Shown one piece after another: positions 33,596 to 45,720 of a stretch of 64,000 nucleotides of DNA. The translations under genes and the position numbers were made by a program. The notes beneath the pieces were generated by a model. The model searched no databases. It saw only the letters and a list, made by a program, of their open reading frames with translations, and was not told the DNA's origin. Source of the DNA: Psilocybe cubensis (lineage: Eukaryota); contig CM039002.1 of NCBI GenBank assembly GCA_017499595.2, positions 992,001 through 1,056,000 of the forward strand, in the 5' to 3' direction. The number at the start of each line of letters is the position of its first letter. Within the stretch, counting starts at the first letter, position 1.

Positions 33596-36500
33596 ATGTC
33601 TTCCCGCACGAAGGAGACGCTCTCGAGTCAAGATCGAGAGCTACAGCGTCAGAAATACCAAGCGAAGATAGCCACTGCTCTAAACGAAGCAGACGATCCT
33701 CTTGCAGCATATCATCAATTTGTACAATGGACCATCAAGAACTACGGAGAACACGACCCCAAATCCGGGCTTGCGGAATTGTTAAAAGAAGCCACAACTC
33801 AATTCAAGGATGATTCACTGTATAAAACCGATCTTCGGTACCTCAAGATATGGGCTCTTTATGCAAGGCAAAAGGACAAGGCGGGAGCCATTTCGATCTA
33901 TGCATACTTGATAGATCACGATATCGGTACATCATACTCAGCACTTTACGAAGATTATGCAAATTTACTGGAGGACACAAGCAGGTGAGTAGCCTGGACT
34001 TGTCGACGTTGAACCCCAGTCAATATTTTCCAACCGTCCCAAGATATCAAGACGCCGATGGAGTGTATCAAAAGGGAATTAAAAAATCTGCAAGACCAGT
34101 GGAAAGATTGAAGACAAGATACCGGGAGTTTCAAGCCAGAGTCGCTTCAAGGAACTCAAAAGCGAGCAGTAGTGCGAAGACCGGTTCTTCCTCCGCCTCA
34201 TCAGCAACACCGACGTATTCCGGGACATTCAATTCGACGGCGGCAGCACGGTATGCACTTATGCTGGCTCCACCAGCTCCTGGAAAACGTCCAGAGAAGT
34301 TGAGGTTCAACATGTCCTTGCTTTTCACGGACGAAGGTGTCGAATACAGTATACAGGAAGCAAGAGCTCGCTCAATGGGTCTTCTAGGAAAGAAATGGGG
34401 CCCTCTACCTCCAGATCCTTCTCCTCCATCCTCGATGTCTTCCTCCTCTGGCTCGTCTTTTGCGATGGTTGATTTCAATGATGATGGTCAAAAGTCATCG
34501 CGACTCAAATCTGGAAGACGAAGCATTATGGGCGGTGCAGAGCCGACTGTTACGATTAATACCAAAGAGGCGTTGGCCGATGTCTTTGGAATGTACAATT
34601 CCCCGGACAAGACCACCAAACTTGTTATTCCAGGTAGTAAACATGCACCTCTGAAGAAGGTTGAGCCCATAACGCCAGGGGTTCAACCACGCCTTGCGTT
34701 CTCAAGAGAAAATGAGAATGCTCAGAACACAAAAACGCCAACTCCTGGTAATCACATTTCATGAATTGCATATGGAAACAATCTAATCTTTCTCAATAGC
34801 ATTCAGGCCATTTACGGATGAGAATGCCCAACCAAACCAAAGCCGTACACCAGCTGCTAAAGTTTGTTGCTTCATTTTGTCAACACGACTTAGATCTCAT
34901 ACTATCATAGTTTACACCATATGTGGAACCGAACCAACAGAAAACACCTTTCATGACTCCGAGGACGGTTCTCACCGTGAAAGAAACCGTTCCTTCATCC
35001 AGCCTTCGACTCTCAGAAGACGCGGAACAAAGCGAGCCCGCCGATATAGAGCCAAAGAATGCAGACCCTGTGTTCTCCAGAGTGTTCACACCTGCTAGCA
35101 AAGCTGTCCCTCTGGCGCCGCTCAGAGACGTGTTTACAGACGACCACGGTAAACCAGTGCCAAAAGCAAAGGCTGCTCCAACACATGAACGGGCAAGGTC
35201 ACAACATGACTTATTATCACCTCAAGCCGAAGTCGTACGGCCGTCTGCGTTCACACCATTTAAAGACGAGAATGGACGAGCGCCGTTCAAAGTCTTCAGC
35301 CGGCCAGCAGAACAGGGAGAGAATGCGCACATGACGGCACCGAAAACGCCTAGTGCTGCCTTCAAACCATTCTCAGATCAACCTAAACCTCCAGCGTTCA
35401 CGCCTTTCAAAGATGTTACTCCGGCTTTCAAGCCTTTTGTAGAACCGGCCACAAAGCCAGAACCTCGATTCGCGTTGCAGCCGACAGGTGCATCTGAAAA
35501 TGTGCAACCTCCGCCTTCTCGCCAAGTTGTTGAGATTGAAGACGACGAAGAGGAGTATGAGATTGTAGAGGAGCCTGAGCCCGACCAAGGTGATTTCGAT
35601 CAAGAAGAGGATGGCAATCAATACTATGAAGAAGAGGAATCTCATATCGAAGAGTATGTACCACTGGCACCCGAGCATCTACCAGAGGAATATGAGGAAG
35701 AAAATTCCTACCATGAAGTGCCTTTGGGAGGTCGCTTTGGGCAGTTCAATGTGATGACCCCAATCACAGAGCGGACGTTTGAGTTTACTTCAAGTACCAG
35801 AGGTGGAACCCCCAGCGAACGGTACGCCAAACATGGGGAGAGCGGCCAACAAGCGGAATACCAGGCCGCGCGTACTGCAGCGCTGTTGGCCGAGGAGCTA
35901 CGAGAAAGCGACGAGGATGAAGGCGAGCAAGAACATCAAGAGCTTGAACCACTTCGATTGTCTGTTGAACAACCGCCTTTCCAAAGCGATCCTGCAGCAG
36001 TGGTCATTGAGGAGAGGGTAGGAACGCTCAGTCTCGTCGACACCCTCACCCTGAGTTCCAAATTCCGCCCCAGCAATCCATGCAACCCTTTCGACCCCTC
36101 CATCCTCTCTTCCCTGATAACTCGAATTCCTGCGGATCCTCATTTCTACGATCTTCGAACGCAGCAGTCAAACAAGCTTCCCGAGCTGCAGAAATTTGCT
36201 AAGAAGAGTAGAAAGACAAGCTCGAGCAGTAACGCTGGTGTTTTAGACTCTGGATCTTTCCCGTTGATTCTTCAGGGTCATCAATTCATGGTCACCGAGA
36301 AACTGGGGGAAGGTGGCTTTGGGTGCGTCTTTAAGGCGAAAGACAGGGGAGTGCGCACAGTAAACGTCGACGATGACGATGAAGATGAGGATGAGGACGA
36401 AGATGAAGATGAAGATGAAGATGAAGAAGTATCTTCCATGGTGGCTATAAAAGTGGTCAAGCCCAGGAATATTTGGGAGTATCACGTCCTTCGACGCTTG

Positions 36501-37331
36501 CACTCAGCTTTGCCTCCTTCCTTGCGCAGGTCTGTCGTGCTCCCACATGCTCTATACGCCTTCAGCGACGAAAGCCACCTCGTGCTCGACCTCTGCCCTC
36601 AAGGCATGCTCCTGAACATCGTGAACAACGCCGCGTCGGCCGGCGTGGCACAAGCTGGCGCGTGTCTGGATGAGTTGCTCGTTGTGTTCTTTACAATAGA
36701 GCTACTACGGCTTCTGGAAGCCATGCACAATATAGGATTCATCCATGGGGACCTCAAGATCGACAACTGCCTTCTTCGGCTGGAAGAGGTGCCTGGAGGT
36801 CCCGCTGCATGGTCGGGCACATACCAGCCTTCCGGGGACGGTGGATGGAGCCACAAGGGCCTTAAAGTGATCGACTTTGGACGCACAATCGACATGCGCC
36901 TCTTCCCGTCCGGTCAGCAGTTCGTCGCGGACTGGGATACGGACGACCGCGACTGCTTCGAAGTCCGCGAAAACCGACCATGGACCTACCAGACCGACTA
37001 CTTTGGTCTTGCCGGGATCATTTATTGCATGCTCTTTGGAAAGTATATCCAGGCGAACTCGGTCGTGGCGTACAATGACAACGAAGGCACGTCGCGATAC
37101 AAAATCGCAACGCCATTTAAACGATACTGGCAATCGGATTTATGGAACAGGTTGTTTGATGTGCTGCTAAACCCATGTCTAGTGCGGCCAAATGGCGAGC
37201 TACCGGTGTGCGACGCTTTGGGTCAGTTGCGCAAGGAGATGGAAGACTGGTTGCAGATCAACTGCAACAGGACGAGCAATACGCTCAAGGGCCTCTTGAA
37301 GAAAGTAGAGCTTTCATGTTACAAGATGTAA
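33596..37331 (+). CDS. BUB1: Spindle-checkpoint kinase Bub1 (MadBub family)
   Basis: TPR domain (DDPLAAY...YKTDLRYLKIWALYA), GLEBS-like EYSIQEARAR, CD1 EPTVTINTKEALADVFGMYN, MTPITE, and a Bub1-type kinase (LGEGGFG, VAIK, IHGDLKIDN, IDFGRTIDM, PWTYQTDYFGLAG). Confidence 0.95.
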
Positions 37332-37946
37332 CCTACGTGCCGCCAACCTCTGTCTTGAATATTCATCCCATTCGAAATTTTCTCTGTATATATATTCTAC
37401 TTTTACTTTTACCTTTACTTCTTTTGTTCCCTCTCCTCACATTTGTCATACGAGATACAATACTCATTGCAATCATGCCTTATATTTACCTCTGTCTTCA
37501 TTGCGCGTCGTTATCATCATAACATAGGATCTAATACAAACCCGCCTGTACTGAACGTAATCATTCCAGACCCCCGATGGCAACGCAACAACAACAGAGA
37601 ACAAGAGCTAACTACAAGGACGAGGGAAAGAAAAGTGGCGGTGGTGATGATGGTGTGGTGTGGTGTGTGTGGATCCAAAACAACGACGAGAGATACGCAA
37701 ACAATGACAACGACAACAGAGAAAAAAAAAGAAAAAAAAAGAAAAAAAAATCGGACAAAGCCACCTTTCCTCCTCCATCAGGCTGGCTCTTGAAGAGAAA
37801 AGAAAAAAAAAGAAAGAAAGATAGAACAGAAAACCCCCTACAGCTAACCCAACTGGTAATTGATAATTCGACGAAAAATCACCAACCCAACATCGTTCGC
37901 CGTCGCCAAAGCAGGTCATGCAGAATCCTGCGCCCAGTACATGAGT

Positions 37947-40900
37947 TTAAGCGTGTCCTCCCATGGGGACGGGCGGAGCGGGACCGCCCTCGTAGCCATG
38001 GGGTGGCATATTGGGTGGCGGCATCATCATGGGATAAGCGTGTTGCACTGTAAAAAAAAGGGGTAATCAACATTCGTGCACGAACAATTCAAGCGACACG
38101 ATCTTAATTTGAATGTGATGACGCACATTGCGGGCTCTGGTGGTAGTATGGATGAGCGTGCGAGGGAATTGGAGTCGGCGGCATCGACGGCCGTGGCCCA
38201 GCACCGTTGGGTGGGGGCGGGTACGCGCCCGGTGGAGGTGGTTGCATGTAAGCTCCGGGTGCTGATTGCGGAAATCAACTTCTGACCAAGTCTCGTAAAG
38301 AAAAAGAATTAAATACTTACGCGGCATTTGCCCCATAGCAGGAGAGTACATTGCTATTGGTAGGTAGATAAAGGTATGTTGTTTAGCAACAGAATACAGG
38401 AGAAAATAAGATACCGTACAATACGTACCACTCGGAGGAGGCATCCCTGGAGCGTAAGGTATCGGTTGCATATAGGGCCCTGGCATGTATGCACCTGGGG
38501 GTCCAGGAGGGGCCATTCCGGGCATCATATGCTAAAAAAGTAAGGTAAGCATAAAAATAATATACGAGACCCTGCAATTGCAAGGAGACAAATTGCCGAA
38601 ACTTACTTGAGGGGCATAACCATAAGGAGGATACGCGTAAACATAGCGATGCTGCTGCGTCGCGTCCTGCTGCGCTGCCGAGTCCTCGTAGGATGGCGGG
38701 GGCATCGGGGGTGGCATGGGAGGGACCATATGGCCGGGATGTGGGTTGGGTGGATGCTGAGGGGCAGGGAACATTTGCATGTAACGTTTGCCGCTATATG
38801 GCCACAACGCCGCTGTTTCGTTGAACAAACCAATCAGTATATTACATTAATGATAACAAAATGCGCCGTCTATGAAGGCAAGCAAAATAAATAAATTGAC
38901 ATACAAACTTGAGCCGCGTCGACGACTTTGTTGTGCTTGAAGGGGTTGAAATCATCCTTGACATGTACAGGTGTACTTTTCTTGATAATCCGAGTTCCAA
39001 AGAAGGGATTGGGAGTAGCAGGCGCCTGCAAAAAGTAAGATATTAGACCGAAAATACACACAGCATCACAATTTTAAAAAACATACCGAATCCGACTTGG
39101 ACTTGGACGAATTGGGAGTACCGCTGGCACCACTAGCATTGGCACTGGGCGCTCCATTTGCTCCAGGACCATTCTTCGCTGGAGCAGCGACCTATAACAT
39201 ACAAGGAAAGGGAGAAAAAAGGACACATGTCAGACATGGACAGTTCTCATCGGTCAGCAAGCAAAACACATAGAATTACAGGATTGAAGGCATTTGCCTT
39301 GGGGTTGGGGCGGAACGACGACGCGTTCACGTTCAGTCTTGCCGCGGTGTTGGGCGAGAGCGGAGACATGGCCGCATTCGGGCCTTTGGGCATGTTGGTA
39401 TTGAGGGTGGGAGATGGACCGGCTTTGGCGGCGGCGGGAGCGTTGGGCGCGGGACTGGCCACAGTGGCGGTGCCGTTCGCTGGACTGGCGCCTGGGGCGG
39501 CAGCCTTTGCTTTTGGCCCACCCTTGAACGGAGGAATGCTCTGAATAACCATGTTGATCTTCTTGGTCCCTGTCGAAGACGAGGCAACTTTAGCAGGGGC
39601 TGGTGTAGCAGCCGCCGAGGTCGAGGCCGACGCAACGGTCTGTCCACTCGAGACGACCTTTTGCGCGGCAATGTTGGCCGACGAGGCATTCGAACTGGCA
39701 CCATTAAGGCCCCCAGCGGCGCCTCCTTTGCCAGCAAGAGCCTGGGAAACTGGTTTCCTATCAGAGATCTTTACGCCGGCGACAGCGAAACCTCTTGATG
39801 CTGTAGCAGGTGTAGATGGGCCAATGGCGCGGGCTTGGGCAGATGCAGCATCTGCCTTGGCCTTTTCCTTGATTGCCTTTTGCTTCTCCTCATCTTTGGC
39901 TAAGATGGGTACCAGGTCATCGGGAATAGGTTTGTTGAGCTGTTTCAGAAGAAATCAAAATGCAGGGAGAAGGGAGAAATACAATGTTAGTTAGGATGAC
40001 GGATGAAACCGACGGAATCAAGAAGCGAACCTTGAAGCTCTGACTGAACTTGACCAACTCTGCCATTCGTTTGTCCATTTCGCTCTTGACAAGTGCCTGG
40101 CGCTTTTGGTTCAACCTGTGCTTTTCGTCCTTCACGAAATCACGGAAAGCGGGAATCGGATCCGCTGGGGGCTAAAAATGGTGTAGATAATATCAGAATA
40201 ACTGTTGTGATTGTCAAGATTCCAAACAACTGACCTTGGTAGCACCAGCAGGCGCTGGTGATGCCGCCTTGGACGATGGCGGCGAGGGAGCTTGCGCATT
40301 CGTGATGGATGTTCCATCGGGGCCATTGACAGAGACTTTTGGGATCTCCGCCTTAGCCTCTGTTTGAGGAGGAGCGGCAGGGGCAATAAAGGAGACAGCA
40401 CCCTTGGCACGAGCGCCTGGCGGGACATAGGCATTTTGGCCTCTTACAACAGCACCGTATCTTCAAAGACGTTGTCAATTTGGGCTCAAATAAAACAAAC
40501 AATTGACACACTTGTCTTCCTCGTTAATACCAGAATCGTCAACAATTCCGCGCTCCTCGGCGATGTGAGGGTTGTTCGTAGCAGCCTATTGATATGTCAA
40601 AAAAATCTCAAAAGCAGAGCACACCCAAAATAGCCTACTCCAATAATTTCGTTGGCGATCTTCTGGGCCTTCCTTTCGCGTTCTTTAAAGTCTGGTGCAC
40701 TGCGGTCGAGTTTGGTAGTATACACATCCTCATCAAAGCTAGCCTTGACACCGAAAAGCTGCTCGTTGGCAGAGAATTGGTCCCAAGATGTAGCACCGTT
40801 GGCCGATGGCCCAAACGTGTCATCGTCGCCCAGTGCGGAGTGAGTGGGTTCACCACTGGGTACCCACGCTTGAAGCTCACGCTCAGGCCTCCCTGTTGGA

Positions 40901-41655
40901 ACTTTCTTTTGACTGATATCTGTATCTGTGCGGAAAGCTAGGTAGAAAGTTAGGCGAATAAGCCGATCGGTTCAGGGTCAACGACATACTATCTCCGTTG
41001 GTAGGACGTGCATCCGCTGGGCCAGATGTGTATGTGTCGATGTCGGTAGAAGCAATGAAGAGCGTATCCTTGAGAGGTGCTCCTGGATTGTTAACGTCTT
41101 TAACATCTTTAAGTGTAACGCCATTGGTATTTCCTTCGGCTGAAGTAGAGGAGATGACGCCCTCAAATCGCTGGGCATTCTTGGTAACGAGGGTGATAGT
41201 AGTCCCCTTAACAGACAGAACAGGTCAGCGCACGACAACAGCAGCATGATACACAGCGATAGATGGACGTACGGTCAAACCAGAAAGCGCCTGGAGAACA
41301 CGGTCACGCGGGGAAGTAGGAGTGTTATCTGACCTGGGCTGGGTGGCCTGAGATTGAGATTGGTTTTGAGCTAGAGGTGGAAAGCTGGCCGGTAGTGTAG
41401 GTGCATTGTTGCTTGGGGCGGGTGCAGGAGACTGCTGAGCGGAAGCCTGGGCAGACTGTTGCTGACGAGGACCTGGGGCATTTGCTGGAGAGAAAGTGGG
41501 GGAAGCGCGAGCGCCCGCCCCCCACGCAGAAGCACGGCTAGCGACGGCAGCGATAAGCAGAAGAGTGTATGCGACCCACGCTGGACATACCGAGCATTCG
41601 CTGGCTCCGGGGCACCTTTCCTGGGCCCCTTGGTCTGACGGGCAGTAGTGGCCAT
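37947..41655 (-). CDS. PBP1: Pbp1/ataxin-2 homologue (LSm, LsmAD, PAM2-like motif, P/M-rich tail)
   Basis: DRVLQALSGLT|GTTITLVTKNAQRFEGVISS (LSm); FRTDTDIS, WDQFSANEQLFGVKASFDEDVYTTKLDR...DEEDK (LsmAD); LVKFSQSFK; RLNVNASSFRPNPKANAF; ends ...PVPMGGHA*. Confidence 0.92.
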
Positions 41656-43071
41656 AGGTAGAAAGGATATAGTATAGAAGAAAAGAAAGAAGAGAGAAGA
41701 AGAAGAAAAAGTGAAAAGAAAGAGGACTCGGTTGTCCAGACACCAGAAAAGTAGGTGCGAGCAGGTCGCGGCGGAGGTGAAGAACGGGTACTTAGTCGCT
41801 GAGGACAACGGGCAGAACAGAATTCACAGCAGGCATCAACTAGGCTATGAACGCACGGACCCCGGTCACTCCCATTATTCCTCACAAACAACTCCTCCTT
41901 CTGCTCCAGTTACATTCCAGCTGTCTCTTTTTCTGCAGCGTACAATCCATCTCGTCTCAGCTGTCGCCAGCGTCTCAGCCCATTTAACGGGCAACCCATG
42001 CCCTCTCTTGGACGACCAGCCATCCGGGGTCCTGTTCGTTCCAAACTAACCACAACACTGGTGTTTCAGGAAACCCAAAAACTTGTTTCCAAACATCATT
42101 ATCTGCTGACATGTATGATAGCCTGCTCTTGCAGATTATCTGCGTTACCGCCCTCTCATCAACATTCCTAACTGATCGACCGAGCGTCTACTCAATTCAA
42201 AACCCCTAACGACTTCCGCTATTGATCCCAGGCAATCGTTGCCATTCCGCCATGGTTAACGCCAGTATTTCTACCAGAGCACCGCCCTGCTGAGTGTCTT
42301 ATGGTTTACCGCATAAGGAACAATCACCGTCGAGGCTGTACTTGTGATCTCTCCGCGAAAGTCCTTTGCATTTTTGTTTTGGTAAATTGCGAATCGTATT
42401 GCCTTCCCTTTGCGTCTGTGCGCCACACATACATAGTAGGCGATTATTTATAGACGTAGTACTCGGTGCAGGAGCACATAGCATAGTAAATCAATAATCT
42501 TTGTATCAACCTGACGATTGATTATATATCTCACCTTAGCTTGGCTATGTCCAACAAATCCCTGACTGAAATAAACATTATGGAAACAAGTGGAAACACA
42601 AAGCACATGAACAGATTTGCTTTCTCGCCACAAACTTTTCAATACCAGCCTGGATCTGCCGTCAATGTCTGTAGATGTAGGCTCATGTCTAGGAGATATC
42701 CCGCGCAGCCGTTCATCTCTAATCACAGTAGGATAGGAAATCATATAACAGGCTCATACCTTGACGCGTTCATCTTATTAACCACCGTGACTGTCCATGG
42801 ACCCATCCACATAGTCTGTTCACATGAGGCACACGAGGACCACACGGGCCACTGTGCTTCTCGAGCCTTCTGCCGCAGTGCGAGGCATATCTCTTCTTTA
42901 TATCATCCAAGATAACAGGGTCTTTTTCTTTACCCACACCAACCAGCAGAACTGGTAGTTACATCGATTGCCAGTGGCAGTAATGTCAGTGCCTACCCTG
43001 CGTCCAAATCGACCAATTGTACCAACACTGATCAACAATGAAACTCTAGATCAAAAAAATAATATTTTCTA

Positions 43072-43581
43072 ATGGCAGCACTTGAATCTATTTCTCCTCC
43101 TGGCTCGCCAGGGACCGACGTCACTGCACCAGATCCTGAGAGTGCCCAAAATTTCAAAACTATTGCCAGCGCCCTTGAACAGCAAATAATCCTATACAAC
43201 GATGCCTGCGCACAGAGACGGGCACACCCCCAAAACGCCGACTCCCAGTCCGAGGTAGATATCGCTGCAAAAAATGTGGCTTCTACGCTCAGAGAAGCGT
43301 CCAACCTGCATCCTAATCCTGCCACTGGTGCAGCCTGGCGCAAGATGGCCGACGACTTTGTCAATTCAACCACGGAGAAAAGGGAGGACACATTGAAACA
43401 AGTCGGAAATGGGCTTTTAAAAATTGTTCTCGCCCCGCTGGCTTTGGCTGGTGTGGGGATTTATGCGGCTGGAGAAATAGTGACGGGTGCGGGCGTTGCA
43501 GTTGGAAGTATCTTGACAGGTGCAGGTGCAGTTCTGAAAGGCATTGGAAAGTTTGGAAAGGAGGCTCTTCTTGGTAAATAA
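43072..43581 (+). CDS. Small intronless protein (169 aa) with a C-terminal glycine-zipper/hydrophobic helix
   Basis: Clean ORF with an A-rich start context; helical N-terminal part, then IVLAPLALAGVGIYAAGEIVTGAGVAVGSILTGAGAVLKGIG. Confidence 0.7.
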   Translation: MAALESISPPGSPGTDVTAPDPESAQNFKTIASALEQQIILYNDACAQRRAHPQNADSQSEVDIAAKNVASTLREASNLHPNPATGAAWRKMADDFVNSTTEKREDTLKQVGNGLLKIVLAPLALAGVGIYAAGEIVTGAGVAVGSILTGAGAVLKGIGKFGKEALLGK

Positions 43582-43842
43582 AATCAGTCCTCTACTCATA
43601 ACACTCTATGTTCTACAAATGTGCACAGACCTTGTTTTTGCGACTCTGTTCCGATTCCAATTTTTAGCGCTCAATTACATATCTTCAGAACGCACAGACG
43701 TAAAGTCTCCATCACATGTTGAGCTAAAAATAGATTTGATGGCGGTAACATCGGCCCGGTACACAGAGATGAGATCACATCACACCCCGCGTTCACTTGC
43801 CATGCCCACTGCTTGTGGAGGCCAACCCACCTTCCCCAGACC

Positions 43843-45571
43843 ATGCCAGATATACCCTACGAGATATGGGTGCAGATCACCCAGTATCTATCACCGGAAG
43901 AAGTAAAAAGGCTATATCCCGTCAATCGCAGCCTATTCAACATTGCTATGGACGAACGGTACAAAAGGGGCTTTGTGGGCGTTCTTTCCAGTGCAGACAC
44001 CCACAGAAGCCTGATCAGATTGTTGTGAGTGTACAAAACAACTATCTTCTCCGACTCCGACGAGATACTCGTGTCTCTCCGGGCATAATTAAATCAATGA
44101 CATATTTTATAATTATGTTTTCATTTCACTTAGAGATCCCAGCGTAGCGGCACGGGTGCGCACGTTCACATTAAAGCCTGCCGACCTATGCAGAATGCTC
44201 GCAGAATTCAAGCCAGTAAAATACGAGCGCATGGTGTCCTACATGTACGCCGGCCTGCGCAAGTCGATCGCTAGGTCCAATGACACAGGCACGCCGCTGC
44301 CTGCTGGTGGGCATGGCCACAATAGCCAGGGCCAGGGTCGTAAAATTAGAGTCGAGCACGCGCTGCCCGCAGACAAGGCTAAAAAGCACCTGAAGAAGAT
44401 CATGCACGCCATGACTGGGCTCACGACCCTAGTAGTCGAGATATTGACTTCCCAGGAGCATCGAGCGTTTCAAGGGATATCAATATCAGATTCGAGTGCA
44501 CTTCTCCAGCCTGGCTGGCACACCTTTGGATCGAACCTGAAGTCACTGGATTTGCGGGTCCCATTGGAAGATATGGCTCGGGTCCTCCCCACTACACAAA
44601 GAGGAGCGAGCGAGACGCTGCCCAGCCTCGAAACACTGGCGATGCACGTCCGCCATGCCGTCTACACGACGTCTGACAGCGACATATTGCTCAACATCGT
44701 CCTTCCCTTCCTTCAAGCTCAAAAACATAGCTTGCGGTCCCTGACGCTCGATGTAGGGCCCCAAGTAGACATCTCCTTGTTCTTACTCAGCATGGAGAAC
44801 TTCCCGCTCATGGCCAGCTTTCATATCAAGCAGTTCTTCTCTAGGGACGGTCAAGGCAATCTCAAGGGTCTTTATCGACTCCTACAGACCCAACAAGAAC
44901 ACTTAACTGATCTATCCATCGATCTCGTGCCCCATTCCGGGAACCTCCCTCCTGTGAATCAGTTTTTCAGCCAAAAATGTTTTGCTGTTTCTCTTCCGAA
45001 TCTAAATCGACTTACCATAAACCTACATCAGTTTCCGTCCACTTACAAGGCTGGGTTGATACGATATGTCTACTCATTTGCTGAGTCTTTGACCTATTTG
45101 TCAGTTGATTTAGATCAGCAATACTGCACCTCTGAGGATGTACAAACACTCACAAAACCGTTCAAAGAACATCGAGGACTAAGAGAGTTGAGGTTATCCG
45201 TCTTAGAATTTGGGCCATCGCTTCTGAACACACTCGCTCAAAATCTCCCCCGTCTCGGAACTCTTCACTTGTCCTTTCGATACCTTCAACCAGATGGCTA
45301 TATTTCCAGGCAGTCGCTTGATCCTCTAGTAAGTCATAGCCATTGAATCGGTTCTATCAAGCAATAACCGCGTCTGCAGTTTCGCCATGAAATAGCCCGT
45401 TACGATTATTCAAATTGGCACCTCCAAGTGTTAAGCGTGAAACCTGGACTGCACCAAATCAACTCTGTACGGCAAAAATGCAAGGCGGGCTTGGTGGCAG
45501 CGTTACCTAGTGTTTATTCATTTTGTGGACTTGGAAGGGAAGAATACGTGATGACCACTCATTTTATTTGA
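43843..45571 (+). CDS. F-box-like/LRR-like protein, paralogue of 24520..26176
   Basis: MPDIPYEIWVQITQYLSPEEVKRLYPVNRSLFNIAMDERY; GWHTFGSNLKSLDLRVPLE nearly identical to the paralogue; same 3-exon layout; ends LPSVYSFCGLGREEYVMTTHFI*. Confidence 0.8.
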
Positions 45572-45720
45572 TTTTGAAGCGGGTAGTGACGATTTCTCTT
45601 ATTTCATTTGGGAACATAATCCCAACCTTCCGACAAGTCGCCTGCAGCTTTGAAGGGAACAATTTGCAAAAGATTTATATGCATCTTAATTATCAATATT
45701 TATTCCAATATTTCCTGGGT

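Noticed and set aside
37600..37830. A-rich tracts as a possible retro-insertion tail
   Set aside because: Lies between the convergent 3' ends of BUB1 and PBP1 (U-rich UTR on the minus strand); no TSD or element body.
41700..43030. Short ORFs upstream of PBP1
   Set aside because: No recognisable motifs; composition fits promoter or 5' UTR sequence.
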